NCBI GenBank assembly: GCA_963827655.1
Contig: CAWHCF010000037.1
Location: 32,001-96,000, forward strand
DNA: 64,000 nt
Direction: 5' to 3'
Source of the DNA: an uncultured Acidobacteriota bacterium
GTDB lineage: Bacteria; Acidobacteriota; UBA6911
How positions within the stretch are numbered: position 1 is the stretch's first letter; each line of letters starts with the position of its first letter. The position numbers and the translations under genes were made by a program. A model generated the notes under the pieces. The model had not been told where the DNA came from. It did not search any database and was given only the letters and a program-made list of their open reading frames with translations. Positions 32,837-41,685 of this stretch are shown here, piece after piece.

Positions 32837-33091
32837 CCCGGCCTTAGAAGATGTGAAAAAATTGGGTCTGTGGCGCGGATCTGATGAGACTGTTGCAAAA
32901 CTCGCCCGGTTCATGTGCGGACGGGCTATCAAGCCCGTCCGGCCCCCTAGTGGCACGAAGAACTTTTTAAGGCTAAATGCTTCCGATCACGTTAGTTGCG
33001 ACGGGTCTGATGACCCGTCGCCACAAAAGCCAAAGGGCTGCCGGTCAATCGAGAGCCGTTCGCTGAATTCTTTCACCTTCTTACGGCCGGG
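32837..33091. mobile_element. MITE/REPIN-like non-coding element (~255 bp)
   Basis: Terminal IRs cccggccttagaagatgtgaaaaaatt / aattctttcaccttcttacggccggg. Internal inverted REP-like hairpins gacgggctatcaagcccgtc and gacgggtctgatgacccgtc. Partial second copy at 14041-14111. Confidence 0.65.
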
Positions 33092-33171
33092 CCTACGCAC
33101 TGCCGGCCCTTATTCGGGCCTGGCGAAGCTTGCTTCGCCGAAACCCTGGAGGCGCCGGCGCCGTCCTGGAT

Positions 33172-34497
33172 TTACGGGGGCGAGGGCGAAGAGCGGTTTG
33201 TTCGCTCGGGTTGTAGTACCGGCCGTTTTGTCTCTGCTAATTGCTCAAGCAAATGGGCGGCCTCCGTGGGTCCGTCATGCTGCGCCAGCTCAACCTGGAT
33301 CCGGCGCGCCCTTTCCCGATACTGCGGATTCGATAGAACTGTTTTAACCGCAGTATGGATCTGCGTTGCCGTCGGTGTGCTGGTCTTCAGATTAATACCG
33401 ACACCACTGTAAGCAATGCGATTGCCGATCTCAGGCTTGTCCTCCGTTGTGCCGCCTGCGACTATCGGCACGCCATTCATAAGCGCGAACTGGACACCGC
33501 CAAAGCCACCGTTGGTCACATACACATCCACGTACGGCAGTAGAGGTTTGAAGGGCACGAAGGGTTCGACACGCGCATTGGCCGGAATTGTCTCGAGACC
33601 CAGCAGCCGAACATTCTTCACTCCTGCTGCGATCACCAGCACGTTCTCATGTGTCAGCGCACGAAGGGTCGGCGCAATCAGTTCCTGCGCGTTGGTTGCC
33701 ACAGTCCCCTGCGTGACGAGCACCGCAGGACGCTTCCTGGCGACCACCTCAGGCCACCATGCGGGCAGTGTAAGCTGGCCGGGCGCATCGGGCAGGAGCG
33801 CGCCGATGAAATGAACCTGCGGCGGCAGGTCGCTGCGCGGATATTCGAACGATGGCACGGTGGGCTGGAGAAAGAGAAACGGCGAAACCAGAACACCTTC
33901 AAACTTGCGCCGCCGCACGCCCAGCCGATCGCACTGTCGCCCGAACTCATCCGACACCGCTTTGAAGATCACGTTCGAAGCCAGGAAATAGAGCAGGCGA
34001 TTGCGTACGCGTCCCAGCGGCGAACTGCTGGGAAGGATCCCCAGCCCAAACGGAGCTACATCGCGGCCTTTGATACCGAGGCAGGTGATGTTATAGACCG
34101 CATTCGGCGGCCCGCCCTTTTCGTTGACGGTGAAAGCCGCGGCAATCGACGGGTCCCCAATCGTCACGTCGGCCGGGAATTCTTGCAGGATGGCCTCGAT
34201 GTCACGGTGTTGCGGGCTGAGTTGCTTCATGAAGATGTTGATGAAATCGAACTTGATCTGAGCCAGACCTTTCAGCTGGCCGCGTCCCTGGAACGCAGCA
34301 TTGTAGTCGTCGTCATCGTAGTCGTAGGCGTGGCGGTAGGGCGCGAAGCGGGCGCCGGTGGTCTCAACCTGATTGCGGAACTTCTTGCCGACGTACCACA
34401 TAACTTCATGGCCGCGCTCCACGAGCCTGCGCGCGATGGGCAGCGCCGGCAAGACGTGTCCGGTCGCTGGTTGGGTTGCAATCAGGAAACGAGCCAT
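33172..34497 (-). CDS. GT1 (MGT/UDP-glycosyltransferase) family glycosyltransferase
   Basis: PATGHVLP, VLVTQGT, YVTNGGFGGVQFAL..GVP, TEDKPE. Confidence 0.92.
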   Translation of the reverse strand: MARFLIATQPATGHVLPALPIARRLVERGHEVMWYVGKKFRNQVETTGARFAPYRHAYDYDDDDYNAAFQGRGQLKGLAQIKFDFINIFMKQLSPQHRDIEAILQEFPADVTIGDPSIAAAFTVNEKGGPPNAVYNITCLGIKGRDVAPFGLGILPSSSPLGRVRNRLLYFLASNVIFKAVSDEFGRQCDRLGVRRRKFEGVLVSPFLFLQPTVPSFEYPRSDLPPQVHFIGALLPDAPGQLTLPAWWPEVVARKRPAVLVTQGTVATNAQELIAPTLRALTHENVLVIAAGVKNVRLLGLETIPANARVEPFVPFKPLLPYVDVYVTNGGFGGVQFALMNGVPIVAGGTTEDKPEIGNRIAYSGVGINLKTSTPTATQIHTAVKTVLSNPQYRERARRIQVELAQHDGPTEAAHLLEQLAETKRPVLQPERTNRSSPSPP

Positions 34498-34569
34498 AAT
34501 TGCCTGATGAAGTAATGTCTTCTCGTTTATACTCAGGTTGATAATACAGCCACATCAGAGGACACTACT

Positions 34570-34971
34570 ATGTCACAGAAAAACCTCGAAACTGTCCGCG
34601 GCATCTACGAGGCGTTCGACAGGGGTGATATCCCGAAAGTGCTCGGTCAAATGGAGCACAACATCGAGTGGAATGAAGCCGAAAACTTCATCTATGCGGA
34701 CCGTAGTCCGTACGTCGGACCACAGGCGGTGCTCGAAGGGGTGTTCATGCGGCTGGGGTCTGAGTGGGATGGCTTTACAGTCACGCCGGAAGAGTGGCTG
34801 GACGCCGGCCATCGTGTAGTCGTCCTGGGCAGCTACAGCGGGACGCACAAAGCCACGGGGAAGAGTGTGCGGGCACAGTTTGCGCACGTCTGGGGAGTCA
34901 ACCAAGGGAGAGTGGTAAGGTTCCAACAGTATACCGATACCAAGCAATTTGCGGAAGCAGTCGCTATGTAA
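34570..34971 (+). CDS. SnoaL-like/NTF2 family protein
   Basis: NLETVRGIYEAFDRGD...FAHVW...RFQQYTDT. Confidence 0.9.
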   Translation: MSQKNLETVRGIYEAFDRGDIPKVLGQMEHNIEWNEAENFIYADRSPYVGPQAVLEGVFMRLGSEWDGFTVTPEEWLDAGHRVVVLGSYSGTHKATGKSVRAQFAHVWGVNQGRVVRFQQYTDTKQFAEAVAM

Positions 34972-35027
34972 CCGCGCGTTAACCGCGGTCTGACCACGGC
35001 ATGCCGCAGACTTGTCGGCACGCGCAA

Positions 35028-35350
35028 TCAATCGCTCAGATAGGCCTCGAGGGCTTCAGCGATCCGAATCATCTCCTCCGAGCCGAGAAAACCCACAACG
35101 TCCAGAAGACGATCCTTGCTAACTTGACGGATGCCCGGCAGCACCACGAACGAATCGTTTCCTTTCTGAGGCGGATCTTTAATCGCAGAGGCCATATTTC
35201 AGGCGGCCGGCTCGACAACGGGAGCGCAACGACCGTGTCAAGAGCAAAATTTTGAACGGAATTCGAGATGATCAAGCCCGGACGGGTCTTGCCGAATTCG
35301 CGCGGCGACGAAGGTTCGAGGTTGATCCAGTAAATCGTGCCGCGCCTCAT
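35028..35350 (-). CDS. mazF: MazF/PemK-family toxin; frameshift ~35160
   Basis: MRRGTIYWINLEP..EFGKTRPGLIISN; shifted frame continues SFVVLPGIRQVSKDRL...EALEAYLSD-TGA. Confidence 0.82.
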
Positions 35351-35592
35351 CTGCGCTTCCCCTTCGGCGGCGCGATAAGATCGGCCTTCTCCCACTCACG
35401 CAACCACCGCTTCTCCTCAGGATTTGATTCGATGAAGTTCCGGTATTCTGAGGCCGCGCTGGCCATCTTCCTCTGCCGGATATCTCGCTCCAGTACTTCT
35501 CGGACGAAGGCAGAGACACTCATGGACTCAGGCTTGACAGTTTCCAACTGTTCAAGTAGATCGCCCTCTAGTTTTATGGTAGTTGCCTTCAT
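35347..35592 (-). CDS. Ribbon-helix-helix antitoxin
   Basis: MKATTIKLEGDLL...SVSAFVREVL; ATGA overlap with the toxin. Confidence 0.8.
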   Translation of the reverse strand: MKATTIKLEGDLLEQLETVKPESMSVSAFVREVLERDIRQRKMASAASEYRNFIESNPEEKRWLREWEKADLIAPPKGKRR

Positions 35593-35627
35593 ACCAACAA
35601 TCTAGGCGCAATCAAGTTCCGCGTCAA
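35593..35627 (-). promoter_or_regulatory. Sigma70-type promoter of the TA operon, probably leaderless
   Basis: TTGACG-17nt-TAGATT-6nt-ATG on the minus strand. Confidence 0.6.
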
Positions 35628-35804
35628 CGGTAAAGACCTGAGGTATTTTTCAATCGGCCTCAACACGCGACTGACCGACCTCCACGGCGAGTTGACCTTG
35701 CAGATCAAGGTCTGACATTACAGCCTTCAACGGATGCCCCCTACAGCTCTTCCTCTGACGGTATGCATCCGATATATAATGGCGGCCTCGGAGCCATTCG
35801 CCCC

Positions 35805-37727
35805 ATGCAAGCCCGAAAATACTTCCTTTCAGTTCTTCCCTTGTTAGTTTGTTTCCCGCTCCACGCCGCCGACGCCGTAACGCCCGGCAGATTCGTGGTC
35901 GAGCGTCCCACGCTGATTTGCCTCGGGTTTGAGTGGCAGATCGACGGGGACGAGAATCGCAACGCCTCGGTCGAGGTAAGCTTCCGCAAATCGGGCGAGA
36001 GCGCCTGGAAGCAAGCGCTGCCGCTGCTCCGCATGGGAGGCGAAAAAGTGTATCGCCGCGACCTCGGTCTCGACTACACCGTGCCCGACATGTTCGCCGG
36101 CAGCATCCTGGATCTCGAACCGGATACCGAGTACGAAGCCCGTTTCCAGATGCGCGATCCCGACGGCGTCACGGGCGAGGCGACGCACACGGTCAAGGCG
36201 CGGACGCGCGCTGAGCCCAGGGCCGCAGCGGGAGGCCGAGTCTTGCACGTCTACCCTCCTGCGTGGCGCGGCGAAAAACAGGAACCCGCCTTCACGGGCC
36301 TGAAGGCCGCCTATTACGGCGCCGGCCGCGGCGACTGGTCCGTCGTCGGCGAGCGCAAAGTCGGCCCCGGCGACGTGATCGTGGTTCATGCCGGACTGTA
36401 CAAGTCGGACCGCCTCAACTACTCGGATCCGCTCAGTCTTCCATTCGACGGCACCTACGTTCTCACGGCCAAGGGCACAGTTGACCGGCCCATTGTCATC
36501 CGCGCCGCCGGCGACGGCGAGCCCATCTTCGACGGCGACGGAGCGCACCGGCTGTTCGACGTCATGGCTGCCGACTACCACATCTTCGAAGGACTCACTA
36601 TTCGCAATACCGACATCGCCTTCTTCGCCGGCATGAAGGACGTCGGCGGCGCAAAGGGACTCGCCGTCCGGAACTGCCGCCTGGAAGAGATCGGCATCGG
36701 CGTCACTTCGCTTTACGCCGGCTCGCAGGACTTCTACATCGCCGACAATGTCATGATCGGCCGCGACGACCGCTACCGGCTGCTAGGGTGGGCCAGCCCC
36801 GGCATCTACGGCGCCAACCAGCTCAAGAGCTATTACGGCGTCAAGCTCTATGGCTCGGGGCACGTGGTCTGTCACAATTATGTCGCGTTTTTCCACGACG
36901 GCATCACCGTCTGCACTCACGGTTCGCCCGACAAGGAAGAGGACCGCAAGGCGGTTTCCATCGATTTCTACAACAACGACATCCACCTGATGGCCGACGA
37001 TTTCATCGAAGCCGACGGCGGCGTGCATAACATCCGCATCATGCGGAATCGCGGGGTGAATGCGGCGCAGTGCGGCCTCAGCGCTCAGCCCGTCTATGGC
37101 GGGCCGGCCTACTACATTCGCAACGTGCTCTATCACGTGCCCACCGGCTGCGGGCTGAAGTTCAACGTAAAGCCCTCCGGCCTGGTCCTCTATCACAACA
37201 CGGTCATCGCCGAGGGCCGTCCCGGCGACATCTTCTCCAACGCGCACTTCCGCAACAACCTGTTTCTCGGACGCGACGTGCCGGGGCGTGAAGTATTTCG
37301 CTTTGCCAATGCCACTTCCTATTCCACGTACGACTACAACGGCTATCGCCTGAATCCCAAGTCCAAGGACCAGTTCCAATGGAAGTCCCCGCAACCGGGA
37401 ATGCTGCGCGACTACGAACTGGATCGAGCGCGCTTTCAGGCGTTCAGCTCGCTCGCCGAGCTGCGGGCCGCTACGGGCCAGGAGGCGCATGGCCTGGAAG
37501 TCGACTACGACATCTTCCAGGATTTACGCCCGCCGGCACCCGATCAGCCGCATAAGGTCTATCACGCGGGCGATCTGGATTTCCGACTGAAATCCGGAAG
37601 CAAAGCCGTGGACGCCGGTCTCCGCCTGTCCAATGTGAACGACGATTACACGGGAAATGCTCCGGACCTGGGCGCGCTCGAAATCGGGAAATCGCCGCCG
37701 GTCTATGGTCCGCGAAAGGGTTCTTAG
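35805..37727 (+). CDS. Secreted right-handed parallel beta-helix repeat protein (pectate-lyase-like fold)
   Basis: Signal peptide, PIVIRAAGDG, beta-helix repeats (DDFIEADG), DFRL..GSKAVDAG, APDLGALE. Confidence 0.82.
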   Translation: MQARKYFLSVLPLLVCFPLHAADAVTPGRFVVERPTLICLGFEWQIDGDENRNASVEVSFRKSGESAWKQALPLLRMGGEKVYRRDLGLDYTVPDMFAGSILDLEPDTEYEARFQMRDPDGVTGEATHTVKARTRAEPRAAAGGRVLHVYPPAWRGEKQEPAFTGLKAAYYGAGRGDWSVVGERKVGPGDVIVVHAGLYKSDRLNYSDPLSLPFDGTYVLTAKGTVDRPIVIRAAGDGEPIFDGDGAHRLFDVMAADYHIFEGLTIRNTDIAFFAGMKDVGGAKGLAVRNCRLEEIGIGVTSLYAGSQDFYIADNVMIGRDDRYRLLGWASPGIYGANQLKSYYGVKLYGSGHVVCHNYVAFFHDGITVCTHGSPDKEEDRKAVSIDFYNNDIHLMADDFIEADGGVHNIRIMRNRGVNAAQCGLSAQPVYGGPAYYIRNVLYHVPTGCGLKFNVKPSGLVLYHNTVIAEGRPGDIFSNAHFRNNLFLGRDVPGREVFRFANATSYSTYDYNGYRLNPKSKDQFQWKSPQPGMLRDYELDRARFQAFSSLAELRAATGQEAHGLEVDYDIFQDLRPPAPDQPHKVYHAGDLDFRLKSGSKAVDAGLRLSNVNDDYTGNAPDLGALEIGKSPPVYGPRKGS

Positions 37728-37795
37728 CGTTTCTTCGAGTCTTTGAGTCTTGGTGGTTGGTTTTGTTCCGCCACACTAACCACGAAGACACGAAG
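37723..37795. repeat. Octamer repeat copy R6 (two-armed); its CTTAG supplies the TAG stop of the upstream gene
   Basis: cttagcgtttcttcgagtctttgagtcttggtggtt-ggttttgttccgccacact-aaccacgaagacacgaag. Confidence 0.85.
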
Positions 37796-37904
37796 AGCTG
37801 GCGGTCAAGCGCTGCGGATTGCCGCGCGTCGACTCGCGGCTTTAACTTTCCGGGCGATCGCTACAACTAACGTCGGCTTTCGCCTGGTGCGCACCCCGAA
37901 ATAG
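37796..37904 (+). pseudogene. Orphan 3' end of an FGE-sulfatase (SUMF1/CLec-fold) gene between two repeats
   Basis: SWRSSAADCRASTRGFNFPGDRYN/NVGFRLVRTPK-TAG. Confidence 0.7.
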
Positions 37905-37916
37905 AAGCTTGTATTC

Positions 37917-37942
37917 CTCAGGGTTCTTCGCGCCTTTGTGGT
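37917..37942 (+). repeat. Octamer repeat copy R7 (single arm)
   Basis: ctcagggttcttcgcgcctttgtggt. Confidence 0.65.
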
Positions 37943-37947
37943 GGGAT

Positions 37948-39261
37948 TCACTCCGGATTCTTCTCTGCGTTTTTCTGTTGCTGCGCGTCCGCCGCTGTCA
38001 GTTTTCTCAGCAGCTCGATCGTGGGCTTGGGGGCTTCAAACTCGGCGGCTTCCAGCGGCGTCCGGCCAAAACGGTCCTTCGCGCTCAAATCGGCGCCGTT
38101 TTCGACCAGATATTGAACGATGTCGTTGGCTCCCTGGCGCGTGGCCGCGTGCAAGGCGGTGCCTCCGGAGCGACGGGCATCGTTGACATCGGCGCCGAGT
38201 TCAACCATCAGCTTCACGGCCTCCAGCTTGCGGCTGCCTGTCGCCAGCAGAACGCCCCCGACGCCGTCCGGCGTCTTTGCCTTCGGGTCTGCTCCCAGCG
38301 CGACCAGTTCGCGCATCATCGCGACGTTGCCGGTCTCGGCCGCCGTCAGAAACGGAGTCAGACCGCCGCTGCGGAAGTAGGTCGGCGGGCCGGTCGGCAT
38401 ATCCGTGAGGGCCTGCAGGTCGGCCCCGCGAGCCACCAGATCGCGTACCAGGTCGATCTTGCCCTGCCGGACCGCCTCGTGGAGGGGGGTGCCGCCGCTG
38501 CGGTCGCGCGAATTCACTTCCGCGCCGTGCTCGAGCATCAAACGGGCCACCGCTTCGTGCCCGCGCGCGAGCGCGATGAGGAACGCCGTGCTTCCGTCGC
38601 GAGCTTTGAATCGTGGATCTGACTTCATGGACAGCAGCAGCTTCACGCTATCGATGTCGCCGCGCTGTGCCGCGAACAACAGCGCGTTATACCCGTTTTT
38701 CGCGACCGCGTTCACGTCCACGCCTCGCTCAACGAGCAAACGCGCAATTTCCGAGCGCCCCTCCGCCACGGCCCACATGAGGGCGGTCTGGCCCAGCCGG
38801 GCTTCCGCGACGTTGATGTCGACCCCCTGGTCGAGCATCAGCTTTACCAACTCGACATTGCCCGAGTTGACCGCGCCCATCAGTGGAGTCTCGCCGTTCC
38901 ATCGAGCCGCGTTAGGATTCGCCTTCGCCTCCAGCAGCATACGCGCAATGGCGAGATTGCCGTTGGCGCAGGCCAGCGTCAGCGGAGTCTCTCCATTCTC
39001 GTCGGCGGCATTGACGTTGGCCCCGGCCCGAATCAAAGCTCCAAGAATCTCGGGGTCTTCACGGCTCGCGGCCCAGGCCAGCGCCGTAGATCCGTCGCCC
39101 CTGGCGGCGTTCACGTCGACGCCGCTCTTGATCAGCGTCAGCACGGTCTTGATATCACGGTGCTGAACCGCTTCCAGAAGCCGGAGGTCGGCGGCCGAAC
39201 CGGGTCGCACGAGCACCAGCAAGCTCAGAAAAATCAGATCACACCGGACTGCCATTGCCAT
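37948..39261 (-). CDS. Secreted ankyrin repeat protein
   Basis: Many G.TPL/TAL..A repeats; signal peptide. Confidence 0.92.
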   Translation of the reverse strand: MAMAVRCDLIFLSLLVLVRPGSAADLRLLEAVQHRDIKTVLTLIKSGVDVNAARGDGSTALAWAASREDPEILGALIRAGANVNAADENGETPLTLACANGNLAIARMLLEAKANPNAARWNGETPLMGAVNSGNVELVKLMLDQGVDINVAEARLGQTALMWAVAEGRSEIARLLVERGVDVNAVAKNGYNALLFAAQRGDIDSVKLLLSMKSDPRFKARDGSTAFLIALARGHEAVARLMLEHGAEVNSRDRSGGTPLHEAVRQGKIDLVRDLVARGADLQALTDMPTGPPTYFRSGGLTPFLTAAETGNVAMMRELVALGADPKAKTPDGVGGVLLATGSRKLEAVKLMVELGADVNDARRSGGTALHAATRQGANDIVQYLVENGADLSAKDRFGRTPLEAAEFEAPKPTIELLRKLTAADAQQQKNAEKNPE

Positions 39262-39321
39262 GGGTTAAAATGATATATTAGCGCTGGCGCATTTTGATAT
39301 AGGAATGTGGTGAAACCGCTA

Positions 39322-41685
39322 ATGATAAACGCCGTACGAAGCCGGGACGAAACGCTGACAGCGACCTGGAAACCAGTCCCGGTGGCTATCGTTCTTGCTG
39401 CCTTGTGCGCCCTCGCGGCCGCCGCAGCTCTTTTCGGGCAAAATCCTTCTCCCGCTCCGTCGCCCGAGGCCGCCCAGGCAATGGTGAATCGCTACTGCAC
39501 CAATTGCCACAATGAAGATCTGAAGGCGGGCGGCGTCTCGCTCGTCGGCGTGCGCGCGTCGGCCGTAGGCGCCGCTGCGAATACCTGGGAAAAGGTCCTC
39601 CGCAAGGTGCGAACCGGCGAAATGCCTCCGCTCGCCATGCCCAGGCCTGACTCGCCCGCGCTCGCCTCGTTCACCACCTGGCTCGAAACTGAGCTGGACC
39701 GCGCCGCCGTCGCCCGGCCCAATCCCGGGACTCCATCCATCCATCGGCTCAATCGCGTCGAGTACGGCAACGCGGTTCGAGATCTCCTCGCCCTGGACCT
39801 CGATCATTCTTCAAGCCTGCCGGCGGACGATTCCGGTTACGGCTTCGACAACATCGGCGAAGTGCTGACGCTTTCCCCGCTTCATCTGGAGAAATACATG
39901 ACCACGGCGCGGCGGGTAAGCCGGCTCGCCGTGGGAACGGTAAAACTCAGCCCGGCGATAGAGAAGTTCTCGGTCGGCCGCGCTTCGGCCGGCGAAATCA
40001 GCGACGAATTGCCGCTCAGCGTCCGCGGCGGAATCGTGTTGCGCCATCATTTCCCTGTCGACGCGGAATATTCGATCCTGGTGCGCCTCCGCGGCAACCC
40101 GGACTCCAATATGCCGCCTCCCAAGCTCGACGTGCGGCTCGACGGCAACCGCGTCAAGCTGTTCGACGCGAACATCAACCTTGCTGAAGAAGCGCAGTAC
40201 ACCCGGAGCTTCGAGTTCCGTCTTCCGCTGAAGGCGGGCATGCACGTCATTGGGGCCGGATTGCTGAGTGAATCCACGAAGCCCGTGGTAGGCGGCGCGC
40301 GCCGTGGTGTCGACCCGCCCCCGGCAACGCCGGCCTCGGTCGATTACGTCCTTGTCGGCGGTCCTTTCAATCCGACGGGTCCGGGCGAAACGGAGAGCAG
40401 GAAGCGCATTTTCGTGTGCCGCCCGGCCGCGGGCGAGCCCGAGGAGCCCTGCGCCAAGAAAATACTGACCTCTCTGACACGGCAAGCCTACCGCCGTCCG
40501 ACCGATAAGGGCGATATCGAGCCGCTGATGAAGTTATTCGCGACAGGCCGCAAAGACGGCGGGAGCTTCGACTCGGGAATCGAGACCGCCCTGCGGGCGA
40601 TCCTGGTTTCTCCGAGCTTCCTGTTCCGTGTGGAGCGCAGTCCGCGCGGCAGCGCGCCTGGAACGGTCCATCGAGTCACCGACCTTGAGCTGGCGTCGCG
40701 CCTCTCGTTTTTCCTCTGGAGCAGCATCCCCGATGAAGAACTTCTACGATTGGCCGAGCAAGGCAAACTGCGGCCGGTTCTGAATCAGCAGGTCAGCCGG
40801 ATGCTCGCCGACCCGAAGTCAAAGTCGCTGGTCGACAACTTCGCCGGGCAGTGGCTCCATCTGAGGAACGTCGCCACCTGGCGCCCGGATCCGGACAAGT
40901 ACAAGGATTTCGATGAATCGCTGCGCAGCGCACTGCAGCGCGAGACCGAACTCTTCTTCGAGCACATCGTGCGCGAGGACCGCAGCGTGCTCGAGTTCCT
41001 CAACGCCGACTACTCGATTCTCAATGAGCGTCTGGCGCGCCACTACGGAATACCCGGCGTGCGCGGCAGCTATTACCGCCGCGTCGCGGTGAACGAAAAC
41101 GAACGAGGCGGCATTCTAACCCACGGCAGCATCCTGACCGTTACTTCCTATCCGACCCGGACGTCGCCGGTGTTGCGCGGCAAGTGGATTCTCGACAACG
41201 TGCTGGGCGCTCCGCCGCCTCCCCCGGCGCCGGATGTCCCCGCCCTCGCCGAGAGCGCCTCGAGTTCGGCCCGGGACCTGCGCACAGCCCTGGAGAAGCA
41301 CCGCGCCAACGCCGCGTGCGCTTCCTGTCATGCTCGGCTCGACCCGCTCGGATTCGCGCTCGAAAACTACGACGCCATCGGCAAGTTCAGGACCAGCGAA
41401 GGGGGGACCGATATCGACGCATCCGGATCGCTTCCCGGTGGAATTACCGTCAACGGGCCGGGCGATCTGAAGAAAGTTCTTATGGAGCGTCGCGGCGAGT
41501 TCGTCGAATGCCTTGCCGAGAAGCTCCTCACCTACGCACTGGGCCGCGGTCTGGAACATTATGACCTGCCGGCCGTCCGTCAAATCCGCCGTGAGGTCGC
41601 CCGCAACGACTACCGGTTTTCATCACTGGCTTTTGCAATCGTTAATAGCGTACCATTCCAAATGAGGAGGACTGCGGAACCATGA
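39322..41685 (+). CDS. DUF1592/DUF1587/DUF1588 cytochrome c-type protein (PSD family); start uncertain
   Basis: CTNCH and CASCH heme motifs, HRLNRVEY, LASRLSFFLWSS, TSPVLRGKW. Confidence 0.9.
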   Translation: MINAVRSRDETLTATWKPVPVAIVLAALCALAAAAALFGQNPSPAPSPEAAQAMVNRYCTNCHNEDLKAGGVSLVGVRASAVGAAANTWEKVLRKVRTGEMPPLAMPRPDSPALASFTTWLETELDRAAVARPNPGTPSIHRLNRVEYGNAVRDLLALDLDHSSSLPADDSGYGFDNIGEVLTLSPLHLEKYMTTARRVSRLAVGTVKLSPAIEKFSVGRASAGEISDELPLSVRGGIVLRHHFPVDAEYSILVRLRGNPDSNMPPPKLDVRLDGNRVKLFDANINLAEEAQYTRSFEFRLPLKAGMHVIGAGLLSESTKPVVGGARRGVDPPPATPASVDYVLVGGPFNPTGPGETESRKRIFVCRPAAGEPEEPCAKKILTSLTRQAYRRPTDKGDIEPLMKLFATGRKDGGSFDSGIETALRAILVSPSFLFRVERSPRGSAPGTVHRVTDLELASRLSFFLWSSIPDEELLRLAEQGKLRPVLNQQVSRMLADPKSKSLVDNFAGQWLHLRNVATWRPDPDKYKDFDESLRSALQRETELFFEHIVREDRSVLEFLNADYSILNERLARHYGIPGVRGSYYRRVAVNENERGGILTHGSILTVTSYPTRTSPVLRGKWILDNVLGAPPPPPAPDVPALAESASSSARDLRTALEKHRANAACASCHARLDPLGFALENYDAIGKFRTSEGGTDIDASGSLPGGITVNGPGDLKKVLMERRGEFVECLAEKLLTYALGRGLEHYDLPAVRQIRREVARNDYRFSSLAFAIVNSVPFQMRRTAEP

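Noticed and set aside
37796-37904. DGR template repeat
   Set aside because: Few AAC codons, and no reverse transcriptase or matching variable region in the window.
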